DNA of 24,000 nt from Alphaproteobacteria bacterium (GCA_030747035.1 JASLLM010000006.1:8169-32168); one strand, 5' to 3'; shown: positions 16,113-24,000, numbered from the stretch's first letter. Translations and numbers: made by a program. Notes: a model not told the origin generated them from the letters alone.

Positions 16113-16530
16113 GCCGCACCGCTTTAGCGTTCGCATCTTTTGGGAAGACACGGATGCCGCCGGCATTGTCTATTACGCCAACTATCTGCGTTTTCTAGAG
16201 CGCGCCCGCAGTGATCTGGTGCGCCGTGCCGGCATCGATCAGTTAGCCTTGCTGGACAGCGAGGGCGTGGTCTTTCCGGTGCGCCGCTGCGAGATCGACT
16301 ATTTGATACCGGCTCGCCTGGATGATGAGATCGAAGTGCGAACCCGGGTCCGGAAACTGGGCGGCGCCAGCTTGGACATGGACCAGGACATCCATCGTGG
16401 TGCCGACATCCTGGTGCGCGCCAAGGTTCGACTGGCCTGCATCGGCGCCGGGGGCCGGCCACGGCGCCTGCCGCCGGCCGTACGGGCCGCGATATCCGAA
16501 ATCGTTTTGCCGACATTGGGAATTGAATGA
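16105..16530 (+). CDS. ybgC: Tol-Pal-associated acyl-CoA thioesterase YbgC (4HBT hotdog fold, 141 aa)
   Basis: ORF track 16063..16530. I start at the ATG at 16105 ([40 protein letters not shown]), giving an 8-nt overlap with ruvB. It lies immediately before tolQ. Confidence 0.88.
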   Translation: MPEPHRFSVRIFWEDTDAAGIVYYANYLRFLERARSDLVRRAGIDQLALLDSEGVVFPVRRCEIDYLIPARLDDEIEVRTRVRKLGGASLDMDQDIHRGADILVRAKVRLACIGAGGRPRRLPPAVRAAISEIVLPTLGIE

Positions 16531-17265
16531 ATGGAAAACCAAGCCGTTGATGCCGTTGCACTGGCGGGCTCCGTCGCCGCCGCGGACTTCTCCCTCTGGG
16601 GTCTGTTTCTCAAGGCTGATGTTTTGGTCAAGGCGGTCATGCTGGTGCTGGTAGGCGCCTCGTTTTGGTGCTGGGCGATCATTTTTGAAAAGGGCATCCG
16701 CTTTCGCCGCCTGCGCGCCCAGTCCGACGCCTTCGAGGATTCATTTTGGTCCGGCGGCAGTCTGGAAGAATTGTTCGACAAGATCGGAAACCGGCCCGAT
16801 CACCCCATGGAATTGCTGTTTGTCTCGGCCATGCGGGAATGGCGGCGCTCCACCTCCAAGGGGTTGTCGGGCGAGGATTTCCTGCGCGCCGGGATCAAGG
16901 ATCGGATCGCGCAGGTCATGCACATCACCTTAACCCGCGAAATCGAGCGGCTGGAAAGGTATATGGGTTTTCTTGCCACGGTCGGCTCCACCGCGCCCTT
17001 CATCGGCCTGTTCGGAACGGTCTGGGGCATCATGAATTCTTTCCAGGCAATTGCCCTGACCAAGAATACCAATCTGGCCGTGGTGGCCCCCGGCATCGCC
17101 GAGGCCCTGTTCGCGACGGCGCTGGGTCTGATCGCGGCGATCCCGGCGGTCGTCGCCTACAACAAATTTTCCACTGACTTGGGCCGCTATACCATCCGCC
17201 TGGAGGGTTTTGTCGGCGAATTCTCGGCCATCCTGTCCAGGCAACTTGACGAAAGGCGCGAGTGA
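16531..17265 (+). CDS. tolQ: Tol-Pal system protein TolQ (244 aa)
   Basis: ORF track. The ATG directly abuts the ybgC stop. It is MotA/TolQ/ExbB family (LATVGSTAPFIGLFGTVWGIMNSF...VAPGIAEALFATALGLIAAIPAVVAYN). Confidence 0.95.
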   Translation: MENQAVDAVALAGSVAAADFSLWGLFLKADVLVKAVMLVLVGASFWCWAIIFEKGIRFRRLRAQSDAFEDSFWSGGSLEELFDKIGNRPDHPMELLFVSAMREWRRSTSKGLSGEDFLRAGIKDRIAQVMHITLTREIERLERYMGFLATVGSTAPFIGLFGTVWGIMNSFQAIALTKNTNLAVVAPGIAEALFATALGLIAAIPAVVAYNKFSTDLGRYTIRLEGFVGEFSAILSRQLDERRE

Positions 17266-17732
17266 TGGCGGGGCAGATGCAAAGTTCACCCCGGGTGGGC
17301 CGCCGGCCCGGCCGCTATACCACGATGTCGGAAATCAACGTAACACCCTTCGTGGACGTGATGCTGGTGCTGCTGGTGGTCTTCATGATTACCGCCCCGC
17401 TGTTGACCGTGGGCGTGCCCATCGACCTGCCCAAGGCTGCCGCTTCCAACCTGCAGGGTAGCGAGGAGCCCCTGACCGTATCGATCAATGCGGAAGGCCA
17501 GATCTATTTGCAGGAGACCCTGGTGGGCGGCGATGAATTGGTCGCCCGGCTGCAGGCCATTGGCGAGAACAGCACCGCGCAACGTATTTTCGTGCGTGGC
17601 GACAAGCTGGTCGACTATGGCGCGGTGATGGCGGTCATGGGCCGTCTGAACGCCGCCGGTTTCAGCAAGGTCGCCCTGGTGACCCAGTCGCCGAGGCGCA
17701 CCGCGCCGAAGGCCGCCGGGACTGCGAAGTAG
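17265..17732 (+). CDS. tolR: Tol-Pal system protein TolR (155 aa; GTG at 17262 is an alternative start)
   Basis: ORF track 17262..17732. The ATG at 17265 shares its A with the tolQ TGA. It is ExbD/TolR family ([38 protein letters not shown]). Confidence 0.93.
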   Translation: MAGQMQSSPRVGRRPGRYTTMSEINVTPFVDVMLVLLVVFMITAPLLTVGVPIDLPKAAASNLQGSEEPLTVSINAEGQIYLQETLVGGDELVARLQAIGENSTAQRIFVRGDKLVDYGAVMAVMGRLNAAGFSKVALVTQSPRRTAPKAAGTAK

Positions 17733-17744
17733 CGGTGAGCGGCC

Positions 17745-18707
17745 TTGCGCAACGGAATAGCCATATCGACCGTGCTGCACATGACTGTGGTGGCGGCGGC
17801 GATTTATGGCTTGCCGGAGTTGCTGTCACCGCCGGAGATCGATCAACCGATTATCGTCGAACTGGTTACCGTGGCCGAGCGTACGGTGTCGCAGAAACCG
17901 CCCGAGCCAAGCCCGAAGAAGGCGCCGCCCCCCGCACCGAAGCTGAAGCCGGTCGCGGAGCCGAAGCCGGAGCCCGAACCGAAGCCGGAACCGCCCAAGA
18001 AAACCGCCAAGGTTTTGCCGCCGCCGCCGCCGCCCGAACCGGCGAAGGTGGAAACGCCGCCGCCCCCGAAACCGGCACCAACGCCCAAGGTGAAGCCGGT
18101 CGAGGTTGTAACGCCGAAACCAAAACCGCCCGAGAAGCCGAAGATAAAACCAAAGGCGCCGCCCAAGAAAATCGCCATGGCCGCGCCGCCCAAGGCTTTT
18201 CGCACCCTGCCACGGCCGAAGCAGAAGCCAAAACGGCGGCGGCCGAAATTCAGCACCGACCGCATTGCCGCATTGCTGGACAAGGACGAAAAGAAGCAGC
18301 AGCGGCAAACCCCGCGCAAGGCGGCGGAAAAACGAACCGCCGCCAAGCCGCCGCCCGCGGTTGCGCCCAGCCGAAGCCAGGTCCGGACGCAACCGATGAC
18401 CATGAGCGAGATCGACGCCATCCGTTATCAAATCCAGCAATGCTGGACCATTCCGGCCGGCGCCCGGGATGCGGAGAACCTGGTGGTCCGCATCAGGGTG
18501 TTCCTGAATACGGACGGTTCACTGGCCAAGGCGCCGGAAATCGTCGGTTCCGGCCAGGGCAACGATCCGTTCTATCGCACGGCGGCGGAAAGTGCCCGCC
18601 GCGCGGTGCAAAAATGCGCGCCGTTGAAAAACCTGCCGGCGGACAAATATTCCCGTTGGCGGGAATTGACACTGACCTTCAATCCCAGGGACATGCTGGG
18701 TGGATGA
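17745..18707 (+). CDS. tolA: Tol-Pal system protein TolA (320 aa) with a Pro/Lys/Glu-rich linker
   Basis: ORF track. The start is TTG at 17745, the first start codon after the in-frame stop at 17736-17738. It is needed to include the N-terminal TM helix IAISTVLHMTVVAAAIYGL. A long PKPEPEPKPEPPKK-type linker follows, then a TolA-type C-terminal domain (IRYQIQQCWTIPAGA...VRIRVFLNTDGSL). Confidence 0.88.
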   Translation: MRNGIAISTVLHMTVVAAAIYGLPELLSPPEIDQPIIVELVTVAERTVSQKPPEPSPKKAPPPAPKLKPVAEPKPEPEPKPEPPKKTAKVLPPPPPPEPAKVETPPPPKPAPTPKVKPVEVVTPKPKPPEKPKIKPKAPPKKIAMAAPPKAFRTLPRPKQKPKRRRPKFSTDRIAALLDKDEKKQQRQTPRKAAEKRTAAKPPPAVAPSRSQVRTQPMTMSEIDAIRYQIQQCWTIPAGARDAENLVVRIRVFLNTDGSLAKAPEIVGSGQGNDPFYRTAAESARRAVQKCAPLKNLPADKYSRWRELTLTFNPRDMLGG

Positions 18708-18726
18708 GGTCGCAGAAACGAATACT

Positions 18727-18750
18727 GAAACCGAGACCGAGACCGAGACT
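18727..18750. repeat. Hexanucleotide microsatellite GAAACC-GAGACC-GAGACC-GAGACT in the tolA-tolB spacer
   Basis: Read directly. Four tandem hexamers, the two central ones identical, end 16 nt before the tolB ATG. Confidence 0.8.
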
Positions 18751-18766
18751 AAGGAAACAATAGGCT

Positions 18767-20134
18767 ATGTGGATCCTGCCCGAACCCCGGAAACTGATGC
18801 CGTTATTCATCGTCTGCCTGTCGTTGATCGTGCCAGGCCTGGCTTGGCTGCCGCGCCCCGCCTGGGCGGCGCTGGAGATAGATATTACCCGCGGCAACGT
18901 GGATCCGCTGCCCGTCGCCATCCCGGACTTCCATGTCGATGCCGGCGCGGCGTCGGATCAGGGCCACCGCATGGCCCAGGTCATCACTGCCAATCTGAAC
19001 CGTTCCGGGTTGTTCCGTCCCCTGAATCCGAAATCATTTATTCAAAGCCCTGAATCGCTGCAGGCCCGGCCGCGTTTTGCCGATTGGCGGGTGCTGAACG
19101 CCCAGGCCCTGGTCTCGGGCAAGGTTGGCGTGGAAAGCGATGGCCGGCTGCGGGTCGAATTCCGTCTATGGGATGTCCTGGCGGGCGAGCAGATGACGGG
19201 CCTGGTCTACTTTTCCACGCCGGGCAACTGGCGGCGTATCGCGCACGTCATCTCCGATGCCATTTACAAGCGTTTGACAGGCGAGGCCGGTTACTTTGAT
19301 ACCCGCGTGGTCTATGTGGCGGAAAGCGGGCCCCGGGACAAACGCATGAAACGCCTCGCGATCATGGATCAGGACGGCGACGGCCACCGCTTTCTGACCG
19401 ACGGCAGCTATCTGGTGCTGACGCCGCGGTTCTCGCCGTCGCGCCAGGAAATTACCTACCTCTCCTACTACCGCAACACACCACGGGTCTATCTCTACAA
19501 CATCGATACCGGGCGGCAGGAAGTTCTGGGTGAATTTCCCGGCATGACCTATGCGCCGCGTTTCTCACCGGATGGCAACAGGGTCATCATGAGCATGGCG
19601 CGTGCCGGCAAATCTAATATTTTCGCCATGGACCTCCGCACCCGGGCGATTAGTCAGTTGACCAAGGGACCGGCGATCGATACTTCGCCGTGCTATTCGC
19701 CTGACGGTGCCCGGGTGGTTTTCAATTCGGACCGCGGTGGCAGCCAACAACTTTACGTGATGAGCGCCGACGGCAAGAGCGTCAAGCGGATCTCTTTCGG
19801 CGACGGCCGCTACGCCACGCCGGTCTGGTCGCCGCGCGGCGATCTGGTGGCTTTTACCAAGATGCGCAAAGGTAGGTTCTATATTGGCGTAATGCGGCCC
19901 GATGGCAGCGGCGAACGCCTGCTTTCCGAGAGTTTTCTGGACGAGGGACCAACCTGGGCGCCGAATGGCCGTGTATTGATGTTTTTTCGGCAAAAACCCG
20001 CCAATAAACAAGGCAAGGGCGGACGCACGCGCCTATGGTCGGTTGATCTGACTGGCTATAACGAACGCGAAATGGTTACGCCGATCGATGCCTCGGATCC
20101 TGCCTGGTCGCCCCTAAGCCCCTTGAATCGTTGA
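18767..20134 (+). CDS. tolB: Tol-Pal system beta-propeller protein TolB (455 aa)
   Basis: ORF track. The signal peptide ends ...[18 protein letters not shown]. Repeated WD-like propeller motifs are present ([57 protein letters not shown]). Confidence 0.95.
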   Translation: MWILPEPRKLMPLFIVCLSLIVPGLAWLPRPAWAALEIDITRGNVDPLPVAIPDFHVDAGAASDQGHRMAQVITANLNRSGLFRPLNPKSFIQSPESLQARPRFADWRVLNAQALVSGKVGVESDGRLRVEFRLWDVLAGEQMTGLVYFSTPGNWRRIAHVISDAIYKRLTGEAGYFDTRVVYVAESGPRDKRMKRLAIMDQDGDGHRFLTDGSYLVLTPRFSPSRQEITYLSYYRNTPRVYLYNIDTGRQEVLGEFPGMTYAPRFSPDGNRVIMSMARAGKSNIFAMDLRTRAISQLTKGPAIDTSPCYSPDGARVVFNSDRGGSQQLYVMSADGKSVKRISFGDGRYATPVWSPRGDLVAFTKMRKGRFYIGVMRPDGSGERLLSESFLDEGPTWAPNGRVLMFFRQKPANKQGKGGRTRLWSVDLTGYNEREMVTPIDASDPAWSPLSPLNR

Positions 20135-20514
20135 CAGACCATGGTTAATGTCGGAATCGGAACTAATGTGAGAGCCGGATCTGGGACAGTCACGATGCAA
20201 AACAATCATTGCCTGACTAGGCAATGGGGTAAGTTGATTTATGTGTTGAGTCGTTTTTTCATTAGGCAGTTGTTAAACTATTGCTGTCCATGTATGTCTA
20301 GCTCGCCGGATTATTCGTTGAAATGTTGCCAGCTAAAGGTTATGCGCACTTAGCTAATTTGCCTGCGAAACGAGATAATGTTGGCGGAAGAAAAACTTTG
20401 TTATCGACATACAATGGCTCAAACCCGCCGCGGAAGCCGAACTATGTCACCGCCAGTATTTGTTAATACTGATTTATGCTAACGCCGGATAATAATGAAT
20501 GAGGAGTGGTCTCT
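20135..20514. other. Unusually long (380 nt) low-GC spacer between tolB and pal
   Basis: My hand count for 20141-20500 is 153 G+C in 360 nt, about 42 percent. It contains the hairpin CATTGCCT-gact-AGGCAATG (20207-20226) and the palindrome AGTATT-tgtt-AATACT (20455-20470). No credible ORF lies here. Confidence 0.6.
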
Positions 20515-21060
20515 ATGGTCTTTGAGAAATTTGCGCTGAAGGCGGCGTGTCTGGCGGCGACCATACTGCTGGTCGCGGCCTGCGAAACCCCCGTGGAGGA
20601 AAAGGCCGATGCCTCGGGCAGCGGGGGCGCCAAACAGTCGACGACGACGACACAACAAGCGCCCAAGGACGACGTGAAAGCCACGATGACGCCCAAGGTG
20701 GTTCCCGGATCACAAGAAGATTTGGTGCTCAATGTCGGCGGTCAAATTCAGTTTGACTTCGACAAATCCAATTTGCGTCCGGACGCCCGCAAGGTGGTGG
20801 AGCGCTGGGCCGATTGGCTGCAGCAGTATCCGGCCGTGACGGTGACCATCGAAGGTCATTGCGACGAAAGGGGTACGCGGGAGTATAACCTTGGCCTCGG
20901 CGAGCGGCGCGCGGATTCGGCGCGCAAGTATCTGATTGCCCTGGGTATCAACGCCGACCGCGTCGGCACCATCTCGTATGGCAAGGAGCGGCCGCTGTGT
21001 GTCAGCAGCCACGAAGCCTGCTGGTCCCAGAACCGGCGTGACATGCTAGTAGTCAACTAG
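20515..21060 (+). CDS. pal: Peptidoglycan-associated lipoprotein Pal (181 aa from the ATG)
   Basis: ORF track 20506..21060 opens at a GTG. The ATG at 20515 has GAGGAG 8 nt upstream. The lipobox is LLVAAC. The OmpA-like C-terminal domain reads FDFDKSNLRPDA...VTIEGHCDERGTREYNLGLGERRADSARKYL. Confidence 0.94.
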   Translation: MVFEKFALKAACLAATILLVAACETPVEEKADASGSGGAKQSTTTTQQAPKDDVKATMTPKVVPGSQEDLVLNVGGQIQFDFDKSNLRPDARKVVERWADWLQQYPAVTVTIEGHCDERGTREYNLGLGERRADSARKYLIALGINADRVGTISYGKERPLCVSSHEACWSQNRRDMLVVN

Positions 21061-21144
21061 GCTGCCGCCGATCCGCCAGGCGGAATTGTCAGGCGTTTTC
21101 CGGGCTCGTCAGGGCGCACCGTACGGGTGTTACTGGCGGGCCCG

Positions 21145-21180
21145 CATTTCTTTGACCATTTCTTTGAACATTTCTTTGAC
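21145..21180. repeat. Three tandem 12-bp repeats CATTTCTTTGA(C/A) in the pal-cpoB spacer
   Basis: The copies are CATTTCTTTGAC at 21145-21156, CATTTCTTTGAA at 21157-21168 and CATTTCTTTGAC at 21169-21180. The last one runs into TTGACA at 21176-21181. The repeat lies about 140 nt upstream of the cpoB ATG. Confidence 0.85.
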
Positions 21181-21320
21181 ATGGCAAAACGGTTCGGTGT
21201 TTTCGAAGGCAAATATGTTCGATGGCTATAATTTCGCCATGATTGGCTGGCAGAAAACGCTATTGAAATGACCACAACGACCGCCGACGGCGCCAAAGCA
21301 AACAGCCGGAGCAAAACCTG

Positions 21321-22274
21321 ATGCAGCGTAAACGCCGAACATCCAATCCTGCATGGTCCAGGGCCCTGTCGTCAGCCTTGTTCGCCGGGGTCTGTTCGGT
21401 CCTGTTGCTGGCGCCACCAATGCCGGCGCGGGCGCAAAATGCCGATCTGCAGACCTTGACCCAGCGGATCGAGCGTTTGCAGCGAGACCTGAGCGAGTTG
21501 CAGAAGGATTACTATCGCGGCGAAAAAAAACGCGCGCCCGGCGCGGACCAGGCGAACACCGCGGCCGGCAACCGGAGCGGCGGCCAATTGGCCAATGCGG
21601 AAATCCGCATGAGCAATCTTGAATCGGAAATGCGCCTGCTGACCGGACAGTTGGAAGAGGTGCGCCACGGCATTCAAACCGTGTTGGGGCGCCTCGATAG
21701 CCTGGTCAAGGACGTAGATTTTCGCTTGACTGAAATCGAACGGCGCATGGCTGCCGCGCCGGCGGCGGGGGCGACTGGCGCCAGCACCGCGAAAACCGAG
21801 GAAGGCGAGGCCACGTCGGATGAAAATGGCGCCACCCCGGCGGCCGCGGCGGTGCAACCTTCCGGCCCGCCCTCGGTGCTGCCCAAGGGCAGCCCGATGG
21901 AGCGTTATAACTACGCCTATTCCCTGTTGATAAAGGTTCGCCTGGATGAAGCCGAAGCGGCTTTTCAGGAGTTCATCTCCGAGCATGGCGATGACGACCT
22001 GGCGGGCAACGCGCAATACTGGCTGGGTGAAACCTTTTATGCCCGCAACAAACTGTCCGAGGCCGCGCGCACTTTCCTCACCGGCATTCAGCGCTATCCC
22101 GACAGCAGCAAGGCGCCCGACACCATGTTGAAGTTGGGTATAACGCTGGGCAAAATGGGCCAGAAGGAAGAGGCCTGCGCGGCCTTTTTGGAAATGACCA
22201 AACTGTTCCCAAATCTCCGCGTTCAGGTGAAAAAGCGCCTGCAACGGGAAATCAGAACCGGCGGCTGCGGCTGA
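21321..22274 (+). CDS. cpoB: Tol-Pal system protein CpoB/YbgF (317 aa)
   Basis: ORF track. The signal peptide ends ...PPMPARA/QNADLQ. An N-terminal coiled coil (LTQRIERLQRDLSELQ, MSNLESEMRLLTGQLEEVRH) is followed by a C-terminal TPR region (YNYAYSLL..., AQYWLGETFYARNKLSEAARTF..., DTMLKLGITLGKMGQKEEACAAF). Confidence 0.9.
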   Translation: MQRKRRTSNPAWSRALSSALFAGVCSVLLLAPPMPARAQNADLQTLTQRIERLQRDLSELQKDYYRGEKKRAPGADQANTAAGNRSGGQLANAEIRMSNLESEMRLLTGQLEEVRHGIQTVLGRLDSLVKDVDFRLTEIERRMAAAPAAGATGASTAKTEEGEATSDENGATPAAAAVQPSGPPSVLPKGSPMERYNYAYSLLIKVRLDEAEAAFQEFISEHGDDDLAGNAQYWLGETFYARNKLSEAARTFLTGIQRYPDSSKAPDTMLKLGITLGKMGQKEEACAAFLEMTKLFPNLRVQVKKRLQREIRTGGCG

Positions 22275-22304
22275 CAGTCCTGCCGGGGGAGGCGCTCGCC
22301 AGCC

Positions 22305-23642
22305 ATGCCGGCGATTAGCGACAACACATTCGCGGCACTGATGCGGCCCTTGGGGCCGTATGAAGCGGCTCCCTGTCTGGCCGTGGCCGTCTCGGGCGGT
22401 GCCGACAGCATGGCCCTGGCTCTATTGGCGCAATCCTGGACCAGACGGCGCGGCGGTGAGGCCGCGGCCCTGACCGTGGATCATGGCCTGCGCCCGGAGG
22501 CCGCGGCCGAGGCCCGACAGGTACATGCCTGGCTGTCCGACCGCGGCATGTTGCATCACACCCTGCGCTGGCGGGGCCCCAAACCCCTTGGCGGCATTCA
22601 GGCCGCGGCCCGGCAGGCGCGCTACGAGGCGTTGGGGCAGTGGTGCCGGCGCCATGATGTTCTGCATCTTTTGACCGCGCACCATGGCGGCGATCAGGCC
22701 GAGACGTTGTTATTGCGCCTCTGGCAGGGCAGCGGTATCGAGGGACTGGCCGGCATTCCCAGGATCCGGGCCCTGGAAGGGGTGCGTCTGGTACGTCCGC
22801 TGTTACAACAGCAGCATGCCGACCTTGCCGCGACCTTGACCGTCCGGGATCAGGCCTGGCTGGAGGATCCATCGAACCGGGACGAAAAATTCGCCCGGGT
22901 CCGGGCCAGGCGACACCTGGCGCGAAATGGTGGCGGATCGGATCAGGCGGCATGGCTGTTGGAGGTGGCGGATCAGGCCGCCGTGGTCCGGCGGCGGCTG
23001 GGCGCTGCCCTGGCCGAGCTGGCGGCCCGTTCGGTGCGTCTGCACCCGGCTGGATTCTGTCATTTCGATCCGGTTCCCTGCCGGGGCCAGAACCAGGCCA
23101 ATCTGGCGCCGCTGTTGGGTGATGTTCTGCGCTGTATCGGCGGCGGCGATTTCAGGCCCCGGCGCGAAAAGTTGGACCGGCTGGCCCGGGACCTGGCGGA
23201 GCGGCCATTGCCGGCGGGGCGCACCCTGGCGGGCGCCCGGTTGTTGCCGACTGCGGGCGGCCTGCTGATTTGCCGGGAATCCGGCCGGCTGCCAGGCCGG
23301 GTCAAGGTGGGCGCGAACAAGCGGGGCCGCTGGGACCGTTTTGCCTGGAGCTTGACTGGCGGAAGCGGAGGCAACAACCGGTGGCGGGGCGCTCTGTCGA
23401 TCGGTGCCTTGGGGCGGGACGGCTGGCGGCAAGCGCGGGCGCGGCTCGCCGGAGATTGCGCCCTGCCGGCACCGGTGCGGCCCGGTTTACCGGCGTTGTG
23501 GTACCGTGATCGGGTTCTGTCCGTGCCTCATCTAGATTTGATGCAGGATGATGACGCCCCCAAGTGGGCCCGGAAAATCCGCTTTTCAGCCGGCTTTTCG
23601 CCGGCCCGGCCGCTACAGGCGGAGGGATTGATGCTTGTTTGA
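22305..23642 (+). CDS. tilS: tRNA(Ile)-lysidine synthetase TilS (445 aa)
   Basis: ORF track. It has the PP-loop motif LAVAVSGGADSMALALL, then LTVDHGLRPEAAAEA and LLTAHHGGDQAETLLLRL. It lies upstream of ftsH, the usual synteny. Confidence 0.9.
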   Translation: MPAISDNTFAALMRPLGPYEAAPCLAVAVSGGADSMALALLAQSWTRRRGGEAAALTVDHGLRPEAAAEARQVHAWLSDRGMLHHTLRWRGPKPLGGIQAAARQARYEALGQWCRRHDVLHLLTAHHGGDQAETLLLRLWQGSGIEGLAGIPRIRALEGVRLVRPLLQQQHADLAATLTVRDQAWLEDPSNRDEKFARVRARRHLARNGGGSDQAAWLLEVADQAAVVRRRLGAALAELAARSVRLHPAGFCHFDPVPCRGQNQANLAPLLGDVLRCIGGGDFRPRREKLDRLARDLAERPLPAGRTLAGARLLPTAGGLLICRESGRLPGRVKVGANKRGRWDRFAWSLTGGSGGNNRWRGALSIGALGRDGWRQARARLAGDCALPAPVRPGLPALWYRDRVLSVPHLDLMQDDDAPKWARKIRFSAGFSPARPLQAEGLMLV

Positions 23643-23761
23643 CATCATCTTAGCATTATCTTTATGGAAACCGGCCAGAATGGTGTATTGAGTTCACCCC
23701 TTTTCGCAAGGGAGATGGTAGCATCGGGCTATCCGAAAAGCCGCCGGAGAAGGAAGCATAG

Positions 23762-24000
23762 GTGAGCAATTTTAGTCGTAATATTGCCCTTTGGGTCATC
23801 ATCGCCCTCTTGGTGTTGGCGTTGTTTAACCTCTTTCAGGGGCCGGGTACGCGCGGTTCCGCGACAAATTTGGCCTATTCCCAGTTCATATCGGAAGTGG
23901 AAAGCGGGCAGGTGCGTGATGTCACCATTCAGGGCAACACCATCAGCGGCCATTATACCGGCGGTACGCCCTTCAACTCCTATGCACCCAACGATCCGGA
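23762..24000 (+). CDS. ftsH: ATP-dependent zinc metalloprotease FtsH, N-terminal 79 codons; runs off the right edge
   Basis: It is absent from the ORF track because it is truncated. The start is GTG at 23762, with GGAGAAGGAAG 6-15 nt upstream. My translation VSNFSRNIALWVIIALLVLALFNLFQGPGTRGSATNLAYSQFISEVESGQVRDVTIQGNTISGHYTGG... matches the FtsH N-terminal TM helix plus periplasmic domain. Confidence 0.88.
   Translation, partial: MSNFSRNIALWVIIALLVLALFNLFQGPGTRGSATNLAYSQFISEVESGQVRDVTIQGNTISGHYTGGTPFNSYAPNDP

Noticed and set aside
17735-18763. A 342-aa alternative-frame ORF runs across tolA, along with minus-strand ORFs at 17826-18440, 17843-18421 and 17866-18231.
   Set aside because: They are artefacts of the Pro/Lys/Glu codon repeats of the TolA linker. 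The TolA frame alone has a membrane anchor and a recognisable C-terminal domain.
20122-20159. CTTGAA and TTGACA hexamers at the tolB 3' end were considered as possible sigma-32 or sigma-70 promoters for pal.
   Set aside because: No acceptable -10 element lies at 16-18 nt from TTGACA, and the CCAT following CTTGAA is at the wrong spacing. The call is not supportable by eye.
20141-20353. A 70-aa ORF (MVNVGIGTNVRAGSG...CCPCMSSSPDYSLKCCQLKVMRT) lies in the tolB-pal spacer.
   Set aside because: It has no ribosome-binding site. Its codon composition follows the AT-rich spacer rather than the genes, and the sequence has no recognisable fold features. I treat it as non-coding unless expression data say otherwise.
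21057-21314. An 85-aa minus-strand ORF and a 61-aa plus-strand ORF (21086-21271) span the 12-bp repeats. There are also mini-ORFs at 21181-21231 (16 aa) and 21215-21271 (18 aa; GAAGG lies 5 nt upstream).
   Set aside because: The long ORFs only translate the tandem repeat and lack an SD. The 18-aa peptide has a passable SD, but nothing else supports it.
1-24000. I looked across the whole window for mobile elements, integrases, CRISPR repeats, toxin-antitoxin pairs or defence-system domains.
   Set aside because: None were found. Every sizeable ORF with coding-like composition is a recognisable housekeeping gene or one of three small unknowns embedded in housekeeping operons. The low-GC stretches are short intergenic spacers, not islands.

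Overview
This GC-rich window reads as conserved chromosomal core, not an accessory island. By gene order it looks alphaproteobacterial (inference). I see no mobile element, CRISPR array, tRNA/rRNA gene, toxin-antitoxin pair or recognisable defence cassette, and no convincing novel multi-gene system.

Gene content, left to right:
- Minus strand: a LIV-type ABC importer (LivM-like fragment, LivH-like permease, a Tat-signal PBP1 binding protein).
- A very AT-rich divergent promoter region, then a FadR-subfamily GntR regulator on the plus strand.
- A minus-strand central-metabolism block: tkt, gap, pgk, an unknown 134-aa ORF, thiE, and a translationally coupled small membrane protein.
- A plus-strand division and housekeeping block: ZauP-like coiled-coil protein, zapA, a candidate 6S RNA, 5-formyl-THF cyclo-ligase, and a YmdB-type metallophosphoesterase.
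- An orphan 89-aa ORF on the minus strand.
- A long plus-strand array: yebC, ruvC, ruvA, ruvB, ybgC, tolQ, tolR, tolA, tolB, pal, cpoB, tilS, and the ftsH 5' end.

The parts the ORF track does not explain are all non-coding:
- The probable ssrS (6S RNA) in the zapA to cyclo-ligase gap.
- A 28-bp perfect inverted repeat between convergent genes.
- Three stem-loops between the binding-protein and permease genes.
- Three low-GC spacers: livK-like/gntR, tolB/pal and pal/cpoB. The last carries a 3 x 12-bp tandem repeat.
- Several short tandem repeats.

Three small ORFs of unknown function sit inside otherwise well-known operons. Most long ORFs in the track that lie antisense to these genes are high-GC shadow frames.
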